Positions 24,885-34,684 of a DNA stretch of 64,000 nt are shown in pieces. Where the stretch lies: the IMG/VR virus record IMGVR_UViG_3300045988_115142, one strand, 5' to 3'. This DNA is from a virus. How positions within the stretch are numbered: the stretch's first letter is position 1; the number at the start of each line of letters is the position of its first letter. The notes under the pieces were generated by a model. The model was given only the letters and a program-made list of their open reading frames with translations. It was not told the origin of the DNA and searched no databases. Both the position numbers and the translations under genes were made by a program.

Positions 24885-27287
24885 ATGGCTGAAAAAATTA
24901 TCCAAGCTAATATCTTGGAACAATCTAAACGTGACTTGACTACTTATGCAATATATGTAGCTCGTCGTCGTGCATTACCAAATCCTTTCGATGGATTAAA
25001 ACCAGTTCATCGGAAGATTCTATATTCTCTATTTTATGATTTTGGTAAACAAACTCGTCGTAGAGAAACAATTAAAACTCAAGCAGTTGTAGGTAACGTA
25101 TTACAGAAGTATCATCCACATGGTGATTCATCTGTAAATGCTTCTATCAAACCTATGACTAACTGGTTTGAATCTTATATCCCAACTATTGACCATCAAG
25201 GTTCATTCGGTAATATGTCTGGAGATGGTGCAGCAGCTCCTCGTTATACAGAAGTAATGATTTCCGATTATGGTCTTGAATGTGTAGTTGGTGATCTTGC
25301 ACAATCTCCAAACTCTACTGATTGGCAAGAAACTTATAATGGTTCTGAAAGAGAACCAATCTACTTCCCAGCAGTTGTACCAAACTTGTTAGTTAATGGT
25401 GCATTTGGTATTGCTGTAGGTTTAAGAACTTCTGTACCTAAGCATAACATTTCTGAAGTAATTGCAGCAACTATTAATTTAATTCAAAACCCTAGTGCTG
25501 ATGTAGTATTATTGCCAGATGACTGTTGTGGTTGTGATATTGTAGAAGCAGACTTCAAAAAGATTTCCGAAACAGGTAAAGGTACTTTTAAAGTACGTGC
25601 TCAAACAGAAATTTGCGAGTTCAATAAGAAACCTGCAATTAAAATCACTTCTTTACCACCTATGGTATATCTATCTAATATTCAAAGTAAGATTGAAAAA
25701 TTAGTAGAAGGTAATGTATTACCACAAATCGAAGAAGTACTCGATGATTCTCAAGTAGATGAAAAGAATGTAGCATTCGATAAATTCACAGCTTATATTA
25801 TGCTTAAGAAAGGCTGTGATCCTAACTACGTTAGAGATTGTTTATATTCTCTTACAGATTTAGAGAAAACTATTTCTGTAAATATGGAAGTAGTTTATAA
25901 TGAAGCACCAGCTTTATTGAACTATAAACAATATTTGGAAATCTTCATTAACTTCCGTCGTGAACGTAAGTATCGTGCTTTCTCCAATATCTTATCCGAA
26001 GCTAAAACAAAATTCCATAGAATGGAAGCATTTGTTAACTTATTAGAAACAGGTAAGATTGATGCTGTAATCACTAAGATTCGTTCTAAGAATCTTAAAG
26101 AAGCTGAGTTACAAGAATTCTTGATGAAAGATATTAAGATGAAGAACCCATTGACACCTTTGCAATGTAGTTACATCTTATCTGCTCAACTTAAAGCACT
26201 TTCTAAAGAACGTTTGGGGTATTACAAAGACCAAATGGCTGAAGCAGCTAAAGTAATCGATCAATGCTTCCACACAATTACACATCCAGAAGAAATTGAT
26301 CGTATTATTATCGAAGAACTCAAAGCAGCTGATAAGAAGTTTGGTTGTCCTCGTCGTAGTAAGTTCATTTCTGCTTCTGAAGCAGCTGGTATCCCAGAAG
26401 GTACTTTCAAAGTAGTACTTACAGAAAAAGGTATTATTAAGAAATGCGACCAATCTGAAAATATCCGTGAATTGAAAGATGACCGCATCAAGTTGAACTT
26501 GGTTGTTGATAATAAAGACAATCTACTTCTATTCAGTCGTCTTGGTAAGGTATTTAAAGTACCAGTAAACAAAGTTCCATTCGGTAAAGGTGCTTCTGGT
26601 GGTGTAGATCTTCGTGTTCTTATGAAGAAATATACTGGTGAAGGTATTTGTACTATTATTCCAGAATCTGTAGTTGAACAAATCATCGAAAATAGTAAAA
26701 AGAACAAAGAACGTGTTCTTGTTTATGTGATGACAAAGAATGGTATCTTTAAGTCTATGGATATTGCTGAATTACTTGGAGTTCCATTAAGTGGGTTAAT
26801 CTATACTAAGTTATCTGACAATGATATGGTAGCTGATATCATTTTCATGGGTCAGTATAACGAAATGATTATTTACTCTAATAATAAAATCCTTAGAGTT
26901 CCTGGAACTGAAGCTCCTATGCTTACACGTTCAGCTAAAGGTGTTATTGGTATGAAATCTAAGAATAAAGTCGATGGTTTCATCTGTTTAACTCCTAATT
27001 CTACTGACGTTGTAATCATTACAGCTTCTGGTAGAGTAAATCGTATTCCATTAGCTATTGTACCATTGTCTAAACGTGGTATGGCAGGTATGACTGGTAT
27101 TAAATTGAATAAAACTGATTCTATCGTTTCTATTCATGTATGTAATGCTCATGATACTCTTAATGTAGTATCTATGAAAGAAAAATACCAAATTCCTGTA
27201 GCTAGTATTCCAGAAGGTTCTAGTGTTAGTACTGGTGCTAAACTTATTGATGCTTCTGGTATCATTCATACTTCTATTTCTCGATAA
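24885..27287 (+). CDS. type II DNA topoisomerase, DNA breakage-reunion subunit (GyrA/ParC/T4 gp52-like)
   Basis: Motifs DGLKPVHRKILY, YHPHGD, and the AAPRYTE catalytic-Tyr motif. Confidence 0.9.
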   Translation: MAEKIIQANILEQSKRDLTTYAIYVARRRALPNPFDGLKPVHRKILYSLFYDFGKQTRRRETIKTQAVVGNVLQKYHPHGDSSVNASIKPMTNWFESYIPTIDHQGSFGNMSGDGAAAPRYTEVMISDYGLECVVGDLAQSPNSTDWQETYNGSEREPIYFPAVVPNLLVNGAFGIAVGLRTSVPKHNISEVIAATINLIQNPSADVVLLPDDCCGCDIVEADFKKISETGKGTFKVRAQTEICEFNKKPAIKITSLPPMVYLSNIQSKIEKLVEGNVLPQIEEVLDDSQVDEKNVAFDKFTAYIMLKKGCDPNYVRDCLYSLTDLEKTISVNMEVVYNEAPALLNYKQYLEIFINFRRERKYRAFSNILSEAKTKFHRMEAFVNLLETGKIDAVITKIRSKNLKEAELQEFLMKDIKMKNPLTPLQCSYILSAQLKALSKERLGYYKDQMAEAAKVIDQCFHTITHPEEIDRIIIEELKAADKKFGCPRRSKFISASEAAGIPEGTFKVVLTEKGIIKKCDQSENIRELKDDRIKLNLVVDNKDNLLLFSRLGKVFKVPVNKVPFGKGASGGVDLRVLMKKYTGEGICTIIPESVVEQIIENSKKNKERVLVYVMTKNGIFKSMDIAELLGVPLSGLIYTKLSDNDMVADIIFMGQYNEMIIYSNNKILRVPGTEAPMLTRSAKGVIGMKSKNKVDGFICLTPNSTDVVIITASGRVNRIPLAIVPLSKRGMAGMTGIKLNKTDSIVSIHVCNAHDTLNVVSMKEKYQIPVASIPEGSSVSTGAKLIDASGIIHTSISR

Positions 27288-27298
27288 AGATAATAAAT

Positions 27299-27324
27299 CC
27301 CATAACCTAATATTAGGTTATGGG
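27299..27324 (+). terminator. intrinsic terminator; CCCAT..AATATT..ATGGG palindrome family
   Basis: CCCATAACCTAATATTAGGTTATGGG, then TTATCTTTTATT. Confidence 0.75.
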
Positions 27325-27346
27325 TTATCTTTTATTGGAGGTTAAA

Positions 27347-27997
27347 ATGTCACATACAGTTGCACTAATCTTCACTATTATAACCATAGCAGTTCTAGGA
27401 TTGATGGTTATTAACTTACTTTGGATTAGTGGTATTTATATCGATACATTTGGCATGGCTTATCCTGCTAAACTGGATATATATCGAAAGTTTAAGAAAT
27501 TAATTACCGAAAGAACACCAGAAAATGTTAAAGAAATGCTATTCTTATTTGGGTTAAGTGAATTCGAATACCCAAGCGGTACAGCATTCAGTATATCTAT
27601 GCCAAATAAGATAGATTTGCAACCAATGAAAGGTGTTCTTATTAGAATCGGTAGTGTTGTCGATTTGATTACACACAAACCACTGTTTGTAAGACTTCTC
27701 GGTAAGAAGAAAGCAAATACTTTTATTGAAATATATAATGGTGCTGCCGAAGGTAAAGCTATTATTGCTTACACTAGAATAAATGCTGACGATGGTACCC
27801 CATTTTCAACATTTTCGGTATTCTTATACTCAAACTCGGATTTTGAAACTCTTAAGATAGATATACATAATCCGAATTCATTATTTGCTTGTGCATATAT
27901 AGCAGATTTCTCTATAGTATATAAACGTTATCTTACTTTAGGAGAATCTAAATTCATGCATGACTATATGATGGAAAAAGAAAATAAAGAAGCTTAG
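27347..27997 (+). CDS. membrane protein, hypothetical
   Basis: Track start 27320 lies inside the terminator palindrome. ATG 27347 has GGAGG 6 nt upstream. N-terminal TM helix VALIFTIITIAVLGLMVINLLWI. Confidence 0.65.
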   Translation: MSHTVALIFTIITIAVLGLMVINLLWISGIYIDTFGMAYPAKLDIYRKFKKLITERTPENVKEMLFLFGLSEFEYPSGTAFSISMPNKIDLQPMKGVLIRIGSVVDLITHKPLFVRLLGKKKANTFIEIYNGAAEGKAIIAYTRINADDGTPFSTFSVFLYSNSDFETLKIDIHNPNSLFACAYIADFSIVYKRYLTLGESKFMHDYMMEKENKEA

Positions 27998-28004
27998 CCT
28001 TCTT
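27985..28004 (+). terminator. intrinsic terminator overlapping the stop codon
   Basis: AAAGAAG-CTTAGC-CTTCTTT, then ATTTTTTG. Confidence 0.55.
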
Positions 28005-28044
28005 TATTTTTTGTTTACTTTTGATTAAAGGAGGTAATTTAATA

Positions 28045-28380
28045 ATGAATATTAAAACTGGAGATATTATTAAATTCGTGAATAAGAATAAACGTTCACT
28101 TAATAAAGATTTCACTGTTCATATTCAACATGATCACAAAGGTTGTAAACCTTCAGTAGTTACTAAATTTACTGAAGCATCTTCTGAAGACTTAACACCA
28201 ATGAGTAATACTGTAGTAGAAAAAGCTACTCAATACACTAAGTTCTTAAAAGGTTTTGATCCTGAAACAGTAGTACTCAATAAATGTAACACTTGTGGTA
28301 AAATCTTCTATGCTGATTCTCTTGATATCGGTGAGAATGGTGAATTGGTTATTAGTGGTAAAGAAACTAAAGAAGACTAA
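28045..28380 (+). CDS. hypothetical protein
   Basis: ATG 28045 (MNIKTGD...) follows AAAGGAGGT. Confidence 0.65.
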   Translation: MNIKTGDIIKFVNKNKRSLNKDFTVHIQHDHKGCKPSVVTKFTEASSEDLTPMSNTVVEKATQYTKFLKGFDPETVVLNKCNTCGKIFYADSLDIGENGELVISGKETKED

Positions 28381-28385
28381 GATGT

Positions 28386-29567
28386 ATGAAGAATAATACT
28401 AGCGTAATCAAGAAACTTGTATATCCTATAGTACAAGAAGCTATGGATAAACGAGGTAAACGTGAATTTGCTAAGATATTCAAAGAATTTATTGATGCTA
28501 GAGCTGAATATGTATTCTCTACTTTACCTTTAAAACGAATTCCATACACTAAAGCAGATTCAGATAAACTATTTGCTGGTATTGGTATAGATATCAATCT
28601 AGTTAAAGATGCTATCGCTAATACTTATTATGGTGATGACAAACGGTATAACTTCGTAGCACCACAAGACCCAACATCTGTACTATGTCTCTGTATCGTA
28701 AAATACTTTATGGATAAACATGATACAAAGATGCTAGAATTAGCATCGGTGTATATGGGATTCACTGGTAAATTCTATCCTTCATTACACTATCGCTCTT
28801 TCCCTATTGAACCAGTAGATTATGTAATGGAATGGGTAGTAAATAATGCGATGTCTCAGAAGTTCGATATCGTAAGTAAAGGTAATATCTTTGGTGCTAT
28901 TCGCTCTAAATGTCAAGTATGGTATAGTACGTATAAGACTAAGTTCAGAGACTTCGATGACGATGATGTAGTATACATAATCTTACAGTTACGGAACCGT
29001 TTGGGAGACTTTATTAAAAATATTGCTAAAGAATACTATAAAGCATATGAAAATAAAGACTACATGGTATACAATTCCGATAATGAAGATTCTGAAAACC
29101 CATCAGAGTATAGAATTGCTAAATCAGACTCTTTCTTAGCCGAAAAGAATATCGATAAAACTATGGCGTTCATAACTGCTGGTGGTGTATCATATAGAAA
29201 CTGTAAACTTGCTTCTAATACAGCAGTTAAAACAGATGAACTCAAATCTATTATCGAATCCATTACCAATACACCGAATGCTACTCGTAAGATTCGTGAA
29301 GTTATATCTATCATGATATATACTTACTTTGAACAATCTAAAGATAAAGATGTTTTGAATATGGATTTCATTGTATTTACCACAAACCCAAAACCAAATT
29401 CAAAAGATCCTCATATTGCTCGAATGAAACAAATTATAGAAGATTGGTTAGAAACAGGTTCTATTGCATACCGTAGACGTAAACAACGTCTAGCTACTAG
29501 AAACTTATATTTCAAATCAATCCTCATGTATTTTGCTATGAGTATCTATGAAGCAAATAAACGATAA
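28386..29567 (+). CDS. hypothetical protein
   Basis: 393-aa ORF with no recognised motif. Followed by a bidirectional palindrome. Confidence 0.7.
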   Translation: MKNNTSVIKKLVYPIVQEAMDKRGKREFAKIFKEFIDARAEYVFSTLPLKRIPYTKADSDKLFAGIGIDINLVKDAIANTYYGDDKRYNFVAPQDPTSVLCLCIVKYFMDKHDTKMLELASVYMGFTGKFYPSLHYRSFPIEPVDYVMEWVVNNAMSQKFDIVSKGNIFGAIRSKCQVWYSTYKTKFRDFDDDDVVYIILQLRNRLGDFIKNIAKEYYKAYENKDYMVYNSDNEDSENPSEYRIAKSDSFLAEKNIDKTMAFITAGGVSYRNCKLASNTAVKTDELKSIIESITNTPNATRKIREVISIMIYTYFEQSKDKDVLNMDFIVFTTNPKPNSKDPHIARMKQIIEDWLETGSIAYRRRKQRLATRNLYFKSILMYFAMSIYEANKR

Positions 29568-29572
29568 AAAGG

Positions 29573-29596
29573 TCCACTACCCAATATTGGGTAGTG
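29573..29596. terminator. bidirectional terminator between convergent genes; palindrome family
   Basis: CCACTACCCAATATTGGGTAGTGG, flanked by AAAAAGGT upstream and TATTCTTTTC downstream. Confidence 0.75.
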
Positions 29597-29609
29597 GTAT
29601 TCTTTTCGC

Positions 29610-30713
29610 TTATTTATCAAGGTAATAGTCAACACCACGAACTTGGTTGTTATTGGTATCAGAACGTTGTTTATCAAAACTTTTCTTGATATCGGATTTA
29701 GCACGTTGTACAATATAGTTATCATCGTCATCTTTGAGATATTGTTCGATAGTCTTTTCGATCTTTTTGATATCCTCTTGGATTTTCTTCTTATCGGAAG
29801 GTTTAAGAGTTTTATTGTGCTTCAATTCATATTCAAGATATGTAATTACATCAGCAGCACGTTCACCGAAGTCTGGATGCGTTTTTACATCAGATAAAGT
29901 ATTGATGAAAATTCTTAGTTCGAATAAAGCTTTATCAAAGAAGTTCAAATCTTCAATACGAGATGTTGTTTGTCCAGAACGGAAATCATTTAATCTATCT
30001 TCAGTAATTTTAAGAACTTGAGGAATGAAAGAACCATAACCAAACATAGAAGCAAATTGGTCAGCAAAAGTTTCTTTCTTCCATACACGGTCTTTCAAAC
30101 CTACATATACTTTACCAAATATATTGTAAAGCACATTACTGGTCAAAAGTAAACGCTTTCTTTCAGCACCAAGTAAATTGAAACGAGAAAGAGTTTGATA
30201 AATACTTTCTACAGTTTCTTCACGATGCATAACCATACGGAATTGTTTTTCAAATGTATGACCAATCTCATGTAAGATTGTAGCCATACCTAACTTAGCA
30301 TCTTTACATTTACGAAGGAAGTTAGTATTTAAATAAATATCAACCCATGGTTGATATTTATCATTGAATTTAAAGGTACCTTTATTCATATCAATACTGA
30401 CTACTTTACGGACGCTAGCTAGGTTATCTTGTGCAAAGAAACCAGTAGGCATTGTCCATCGAATAGATGCTGGTCCGCATTCGGAACTCAATACTATATC
30501 GGATTTATAATAGAATCCAAATTGGTCACATAGAGAGTTGCACATAATTTCTAATTTATCTCTAAAGAAATCCATGTTTTTGTCTGTAATAGACTCTTTA
30601 AGTAATCTATCGATAATATCTTGTAAAGCTTTTTCTGCTTTAAAGATAGGCTTAGGAATATTCGAAAAATACGCTTCAAGATAATATTCTTGCTCAAAAT
30701 CTTTATAATCCAT
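29610..30713 (-). CDS. putative Zn-metallopeptidase (HExxH)
   Basis: ILHEIGHTFE contains HEIGH. This lone minus-strand gene is bracketed by two copies of the CCAATATT palindrome family. Confidence 0.6.
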   Translation of the reverse strand: MDYKDFEQEYYLEAYFSNIPKPIFKAEKALQDIIDRLLKESITDKNMDFFRDKLEIMCNSLCDQFGFYYKSDIVLSSECGPASIRWTMPTGFFAQDNLASVRKVVSIDMNKGTFKFNDKYQPWVDIYLNTNFLRKCKDAKLGMATILHEIGHTFEKQFRMVMHREETVESIYQTLSRFNLLGAERKRLLLTSNVLYNIFGKVYVGLKDRVWKKETFADQFASMFGYGSFIPQVLKITEDRLNDFRSGQTTSRIEDLNFFDKALFELRIFINTLSDVKTHPDFGERAADVITYLEYELKHNKTLKPSDKKKIQEDIKKIEKTIEQYLKDDDDNYIVQRAKSDIKKSFDKQRSDTNNNQVRGVDYYLDK

Positions 30714-30780
30714 TATAATGAAAATCCTCCTTTTCTTTTTGAACTTAATATCATTACTTAACTGTTTTAAGCGGAAGATT

Positions 30781-30806
30781 ACCCATAGCCAATATTGACT
30801 ATGGGT
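30781..30806. repeat. palindrome-family copy in a divergent (promoter-side) intergenic region, not in terminator context
   Basis: ACCCATAGCCAATATTGACTATGGGT with one C/A mismatch. No T-tract on either side. Flanked by a CGGAAG direct repeat. Confidence 0.8.
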
Positions 30807-30966
30807 TAATCCGGAAGGTTAGAATTAAAGATAGAAATCGTCGCATTAACAGGGATTAGCTATTGATCTCTACTAATATGTTTCCTCTAGTGTAAAAACC
30901 AATCTATGCTGAACATTTGTATAATCCTACCCTACCTAAATTAATTAAAGGAGGTACTTACGCTAA

Positions 30967-31707
30967 ATGGCTATAACTAAGAAACAACGTCATGATGTAG
31001 AGATGTTGATATACAAAGTTATGGATACTTTAGACCCAACAGAACAGAACTCTGCTTGGTATAAAGAGAAATTCCGTAATATGAATGACGATCAGTTCTA
31101 TAAATTCTTCCAACAAGAATTCCCTATTAAATTCCAAATGAAAGTATTCGAAATCGAACCTAATTTGGAACAAATGTATGCGGTAATGGATAATATCCTC
31201 CATGTACCAGTAATGGAGAATGTTAATCTACCATTCTTATATAGAAATAAAGACGGTAAACCTGTAGGAACTAACTACAAAGCAACCGTAGTTTATGTCC
31301 CAATGAAAAAGATGAAACAGTTCTTGGCTAAAAAGAACTCCATGTCTATCAATATCGACGAACGTAATATGAAAACAGGACGTTTATTAGGTGCAGATAA
31401 GAACGGTAACACTTCTGACCGTGAATTTGAATGTATGGCTGTAATGGGTTTAGAGAAAACTATGAAAGAGTTCTCTACTTATAGAGCTGATACTGTAAAT
31501 GCTAAAAACGAGTTCTACAATACAATAGCGACTAAAGGTATGGTATCATTAGATGATGTCGATGTATCTGTAGACGACTCTATTTCTCGTAATACGTTAA
31601 ATGCATATCTTATTGGTGCTGGTATTAATACAAACCTTATCAATATTGGTAATTACTTACCAGGTACTGTAAAAGGTAAAGAAGCTGTCAAAATTAAGCG
31701 TCAATAA
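30967..31707 (+). CDS. stand-alone RNAP beta-subunit C-terminal module-like protein
   Basis: Hand alignment to the recalled E. coli RpoB C-terminus. [10 protein letters not shown] matches [48 protein letters not shown] matches [61 protein letters not shown] matches ESFNVLLKEIRSLGINIEL. Confidence 0.5.
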   Translation: [246 protein letters not shown]

Positions 31708-31722
31708 TAGTGAATTTAACTG

Positions 31723-31737
31723 TATATTATATTCTTG
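31723..31737 (+). promoter_or_regulatory. variant motif TATATTATA-N3-TTG
   Basis: TATATTATATTCTTG, then ATAAG. Begins 16 nt after the upstream stop. Confidence 0.3.
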
Positions 31738-31782
31738 ATAAGTCTATTGAAAATTTAAATATAGAAAAGGAGGTGTAGACTT

Positions 31783-31911
31783 ATGTCCGAAGATAAAAAT
31801 CAAGTAGGTGTTATCCATGAAGTGGGTGACTTTGGTTTAATTGGTGAATTGTCCCAAGAGGATCAAAAAGCCTTTAAAGAAAAAGACAAAAAAGAAAATA
31901 AGGCTGAATAA
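31783..31911 (+). CDS. 42-aa hypothetical acidic/lysine-rich protein
   Basis: Hand-found ORF, MSEDKNQVGVIHEVGDFGLIGELSQEDQKAFKEKDKKENKAE. AAAGGAGG SD upstream; followed by terminator 31922-31950. Confidence 0.45.
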   Translation: MSEDKNQVGVIHEVGDFGLIGELSQEDQKAFKEKDKKENKAE

Positions 31912-31921
31912 TTTTAAAGTT

Positions 31922-31950
31922 AGGTGCTCTACTATATTGGTAGAGCACCT
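31922..31950 (+). terminator. intrinsic terminator
   Basis: AGGTGCTCTAC-TATATTG-GTAGAGCACCT, then TTTATTATCC. Confidence 0.75.
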
Positions 31951-32037
31951 TTTATTATCCTTTATTACAAAATATTTATCGAAAGGTGGCTGAGTTATTA
32001 AAAGTACGATAAAGGATTGTCTAAAGGAGGAAATACG

Positions 32038-32775
32038 ATGTATAAATTTTTAGAAAAACACAAAGGATTTATGACTAGATTTCTTTGTATTATAATAGCC
32101 GCATTATTGGTATCTAACGTATTCATGTTAGAACGTGCCAGTGCACTTGAAATGAAAATACAAAGTGCTCAAGAACAGATTGAACAACATGACGAATATA
32201 TTAGCAAGCATGTTGAAGAAATAAAAGAAGTTACTAAAGCACAACAAACTGTAAAAAATCATATCGATGCAATGACAAAACATGAAGATGCTATCAATGC
32301 CATTAAAGGTGGTTATGGATACGATTCAGACTTATCAAACAACAACCCATCTTCTCTATTAACAGCTGATGATATGAATAAGATCATCAATTACTGGATA
32401 GAACGGAGAGGTGTATCTAAAGAGTTTGCTGGTAAAGGACAAGCTTTTATCAATGCTTCTATTCAAACAGGAATGAACCCTATCTATATTCTAGCTCATG
32501 CAGCTGCAGAATCTGGTTGGGGTAGTTCTCATTTGGCTAGGACTCGTCACAATTATTTCGGTATCAATGCAGTAGACCAAGATCCTGGTAGAGCTTCTAC
32601 AATGGGTGGAAGTTTAGAAGAAGGTATTACTGCTGGTGCTGATTGGATTAAGCGTCATTTCTATAACAATGGTTATACTTCGCTTAGATCTATGAAACAT
32701 GGTAATTATGCTACCGATCCTAAATGGGCTGGTAATATTTTACATATAATGAATGAAAGTGTTTCAGTATTGTAG
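32038..32775 (+). CDS. peptidoglycan hydrolase, N-acetylglucosaminidase domain, with N-terminal membrane anchor and coiled coil
   Basis: AHAAAESGWGSSHLARTRHNYFGINA matches the glucosaminidase/FlgJ-type signature. TM helix FLCIIIAALLVSNVFML. ATG 32038 follows AAAGGAGGA. Confidence 0.8.
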   Translation: MYKFLEKHKGFMTRFLCIIIAALLVSNVFMLERASALEMKIQSAQEQIEQHDEYISKHVEEIKEVTKAQQTVKNHIDAMTKHEDAINAIKGGYGYDSDLSNNNPSSLLTADDMNKIINYWIERRGVSKEFAGKGQAFINASIQTGMNPIYILAHAAAESGWGSSHLARTRHNYFGINAVDQDPGRASTMGGSLEEGITAGADWIKRHFYNNGYTSLRSMKHGNYATDPKWAGNILHIMNESVSVL

Positions 32776-32789
32776 AAAGGAATTTGAAA

Positions 32790-33941
32790 ATGCTATTAAA
32801 TGCAAAAGTAATTGGCATTGGTGCAGCTGGTAACAAAGCTACTATTGCCTTATTTAAGAAATATCCTGAGATTGCTAAGGATATGGTTTTAATCAACTCT
32901 ACGTTAAAAGATATTCCAGAAGAATATCATGACCGTGCTATTGAATTAGATGGTGAATATCGTGGTTGTGCTAAAGAACGTACAATTGCTAATCAAATGA
33001 TGGTAGATACTCTTAAGAGTGGTCATTTCGAATATGAAAAAGACCCTAAAGATTGTATGACTATCATTGTTACATCTTCTGAAGGTGGTACTGGTTCTGG
33101 TGCATCTGTACTTCTAGCAAACTACTTGCACAAAGTACATGGTACACATATCCACTTCTTCGTATTCACTGGTTTTGAAGACGACGTTCGTGGATTAAAA
33201 AATACAGTAGATCTATTCAAAGAAATGGATGATAGCTTTACAGTAGAAGCTTTATCTAACAAATCTTTCTTAGAAGCTGCTGGTAATAATCGTTTACGTG
33301 CAGAACAATTAGCAAATGAAAAGTTTGCTGATAACGTAAACATCTTATTAGGTGGTACTATTAATAAATCTTCTCAAAATATTGATGAATCCGATTTGTT
33401 AAAAACTGTACGTACACCTGGTTTTATGTATATTGACCGTGTCAATATGACTAAAATCAAAAACTCTGATGATTTCAACCGTCGTATTACTGAAGTAATT
33501 GATGATATGAAATCTTTAGAAACCCAACCATCTGCAAAGCGTATCGCTACAGTTCTTGATGTAAAAGAACGTGCATTAGAATTCATTGACTTTGGTTATG
33601 AAGTTATTAAGAAACGTTTTGGTATGCCTTTCGAAGCATTCTCTCATGTGCAAGACTTACATGAACCTGAATACTTAGATATTATTGTATCTGGTTTGAA
33701 AATGCCTATCAATGAAATCGAAAAGACATACGAAGATTTCAAAGAACGTTCTAAGTTTGTAGATACTACAGCTGATGACTTCTTCAACAAAGAATATGCT
33801 ACTAATGCAGATATCTTTGATACACTTCAAGCAGATGCAACACCGGCAGATGTAGACGCTGCCAAAGATGACTTCTTTAAATCTCTTGGTAAAGATAAAA
33901 AAGAAGAATCTAAGAAAATTAAAGTTGTACAAGACTTTTAG
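32790..33941 (+). CDS. tubulin/FtsZ-superfamily GTPase (PhuZ/TubZ-like)
   Basis: G1 motif KVIGIGAAGNKA, tubulin signature SSEGGTGSGAS, and T7-loop-like QNIDESD. Long acidic/amphipathic C-terminal tail. Confidence 0.85.
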   Translation: MLLNAKVIGIGAAGNKATIALFKKYPEIAKDMVLINSTLKDIPEEYHDRAIELDGEYRGCAKERTIANQMMVDTLKSGHFEYEKDPKDCMTIIVTSSEGGTGSGASVLLANYLHKVHGTHIHFFVFTGFEDDVRGLKNTVDLFKEMDDSFTVEALSNKSFLEAAGNNRLRAEQLANEKFADNVNILLGGTINKSSQNIDESDLLKTVRTPGFMYIDRVNMTKIKNSDDFNRRITEVIDDMKSLETQPSAKRIATVLDVKERALEFIDFGYEVIKKRFGMPFEAFSHVQDLHEPEYLDIIVSGLKMPINEIEKTYEDFKERSKFVDTTADDFFNKEYATNADIFDTLQADATPADVDAAKDDFFKSLGKDKKEESKKIKVVQDF

Positions 33942-33964
33942 AGTCAAACTAAAGGAAGAACATT

Positions 33965-33990
33965 TCCCATACCCAATATTGGGTATGGGA
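33965..33990 (+). terminator. intrinsic terminator after the tubulin-like gene; palindrome family
   Basis: TCCCATACCCAATATTGGGTATGGGA, then GTTCTTTC. Confidence 0.75.
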
Positions 33991-34022
33991 GTTCTTTCGC
34001 AAAATCTATAAGGGGGTAAAGT

Positions 34023-34673
34023 ATGATATATAGTAAACTTAATACTACACGAGATGGTAGAAAACCAAAAGATGTATTGTTTAGTGATACGTATACCGAT
34101 GGAACTGAGAAAGATGTATTATTACGGTTCTTGAATAAATATGATGATAGGGATGAAATAGATATAGACGATATATCTAAATTAATAGCTATATCAGCAC
34201 TAAACGTTAAGTATAAGCTTAGAGGTAAGGGTATAAAGCATTATCTTAGTCCTCGTACTATTGATGGTAAATTACGTAGAACAATCAACAGAGCTTCTAT
34301 TGCTCAAATTAAAGAAATAGTACATGATAGAACTATCAATAAAGAATTCCGAGGGGAATTATTAGAATTCTTAGATGATAGAGTAAATCCATCTAGCCCA
34401 AATTATGGTATTCCATTTAATCTTAACGATAACTGTACTTGGGATGATTACGATTTTAAAGAGGAATTCTCTGATTGTAAAATCAAAGACTTATTTAAAC
34501 TTGGTCTGACTAGAGGAATTATTAGAGTTCCTACTAAAGAGGAATATCTGAATAATTTACTACGTTCCCATAATTTACCATACAGGGTAAGTTGCACTGG
34601 TAAAGGCAATAAACCAATATTCAAGGTTTATGAAGTCAAACCAGAACTTATGGTTATTAAAATTTATAGATAG
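34023..34673 (+). CDS. paralog 1 of a tandem HTH-like protein family
   Basis: Shares DEIDIDDISKLIAISALNV and a C-terminal LFKLGLTRGIIRVPTKEEYLNNLLRSHNLPY block with the next two genes. Confidence 0.7.
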   Translation: MIYSKLNTTRDGRKPKDVLFSDTYTDGTEKDVLLRFLNKYDDRDEIDIDDISKLIAISALNVKYKLRGKGIKHYLSPRTIDGKLRRTINRASIAQIKEIVHDRTINKEFRGELLEFLDDRVNPSSPNYGIPFNLNDNCTWDDYDFKEEFSDCKIKDLFKLGLTRGIIRVPTKEEYLNNLLRSHNLPYRVSCTGKGNKPIFKVYEVKPELMVIKIYR

Positions 34674-34684
34674 GAGAAATTACT

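Noticed and set aside
30930-30945. TTGTATAAT upstream of 30967..31707 as an extended -10 promoter.
   Set aside because: The TG is one position off the TGnTATAAT consensus and there is no -35 match. It is plausible but too weak to list as a feature.
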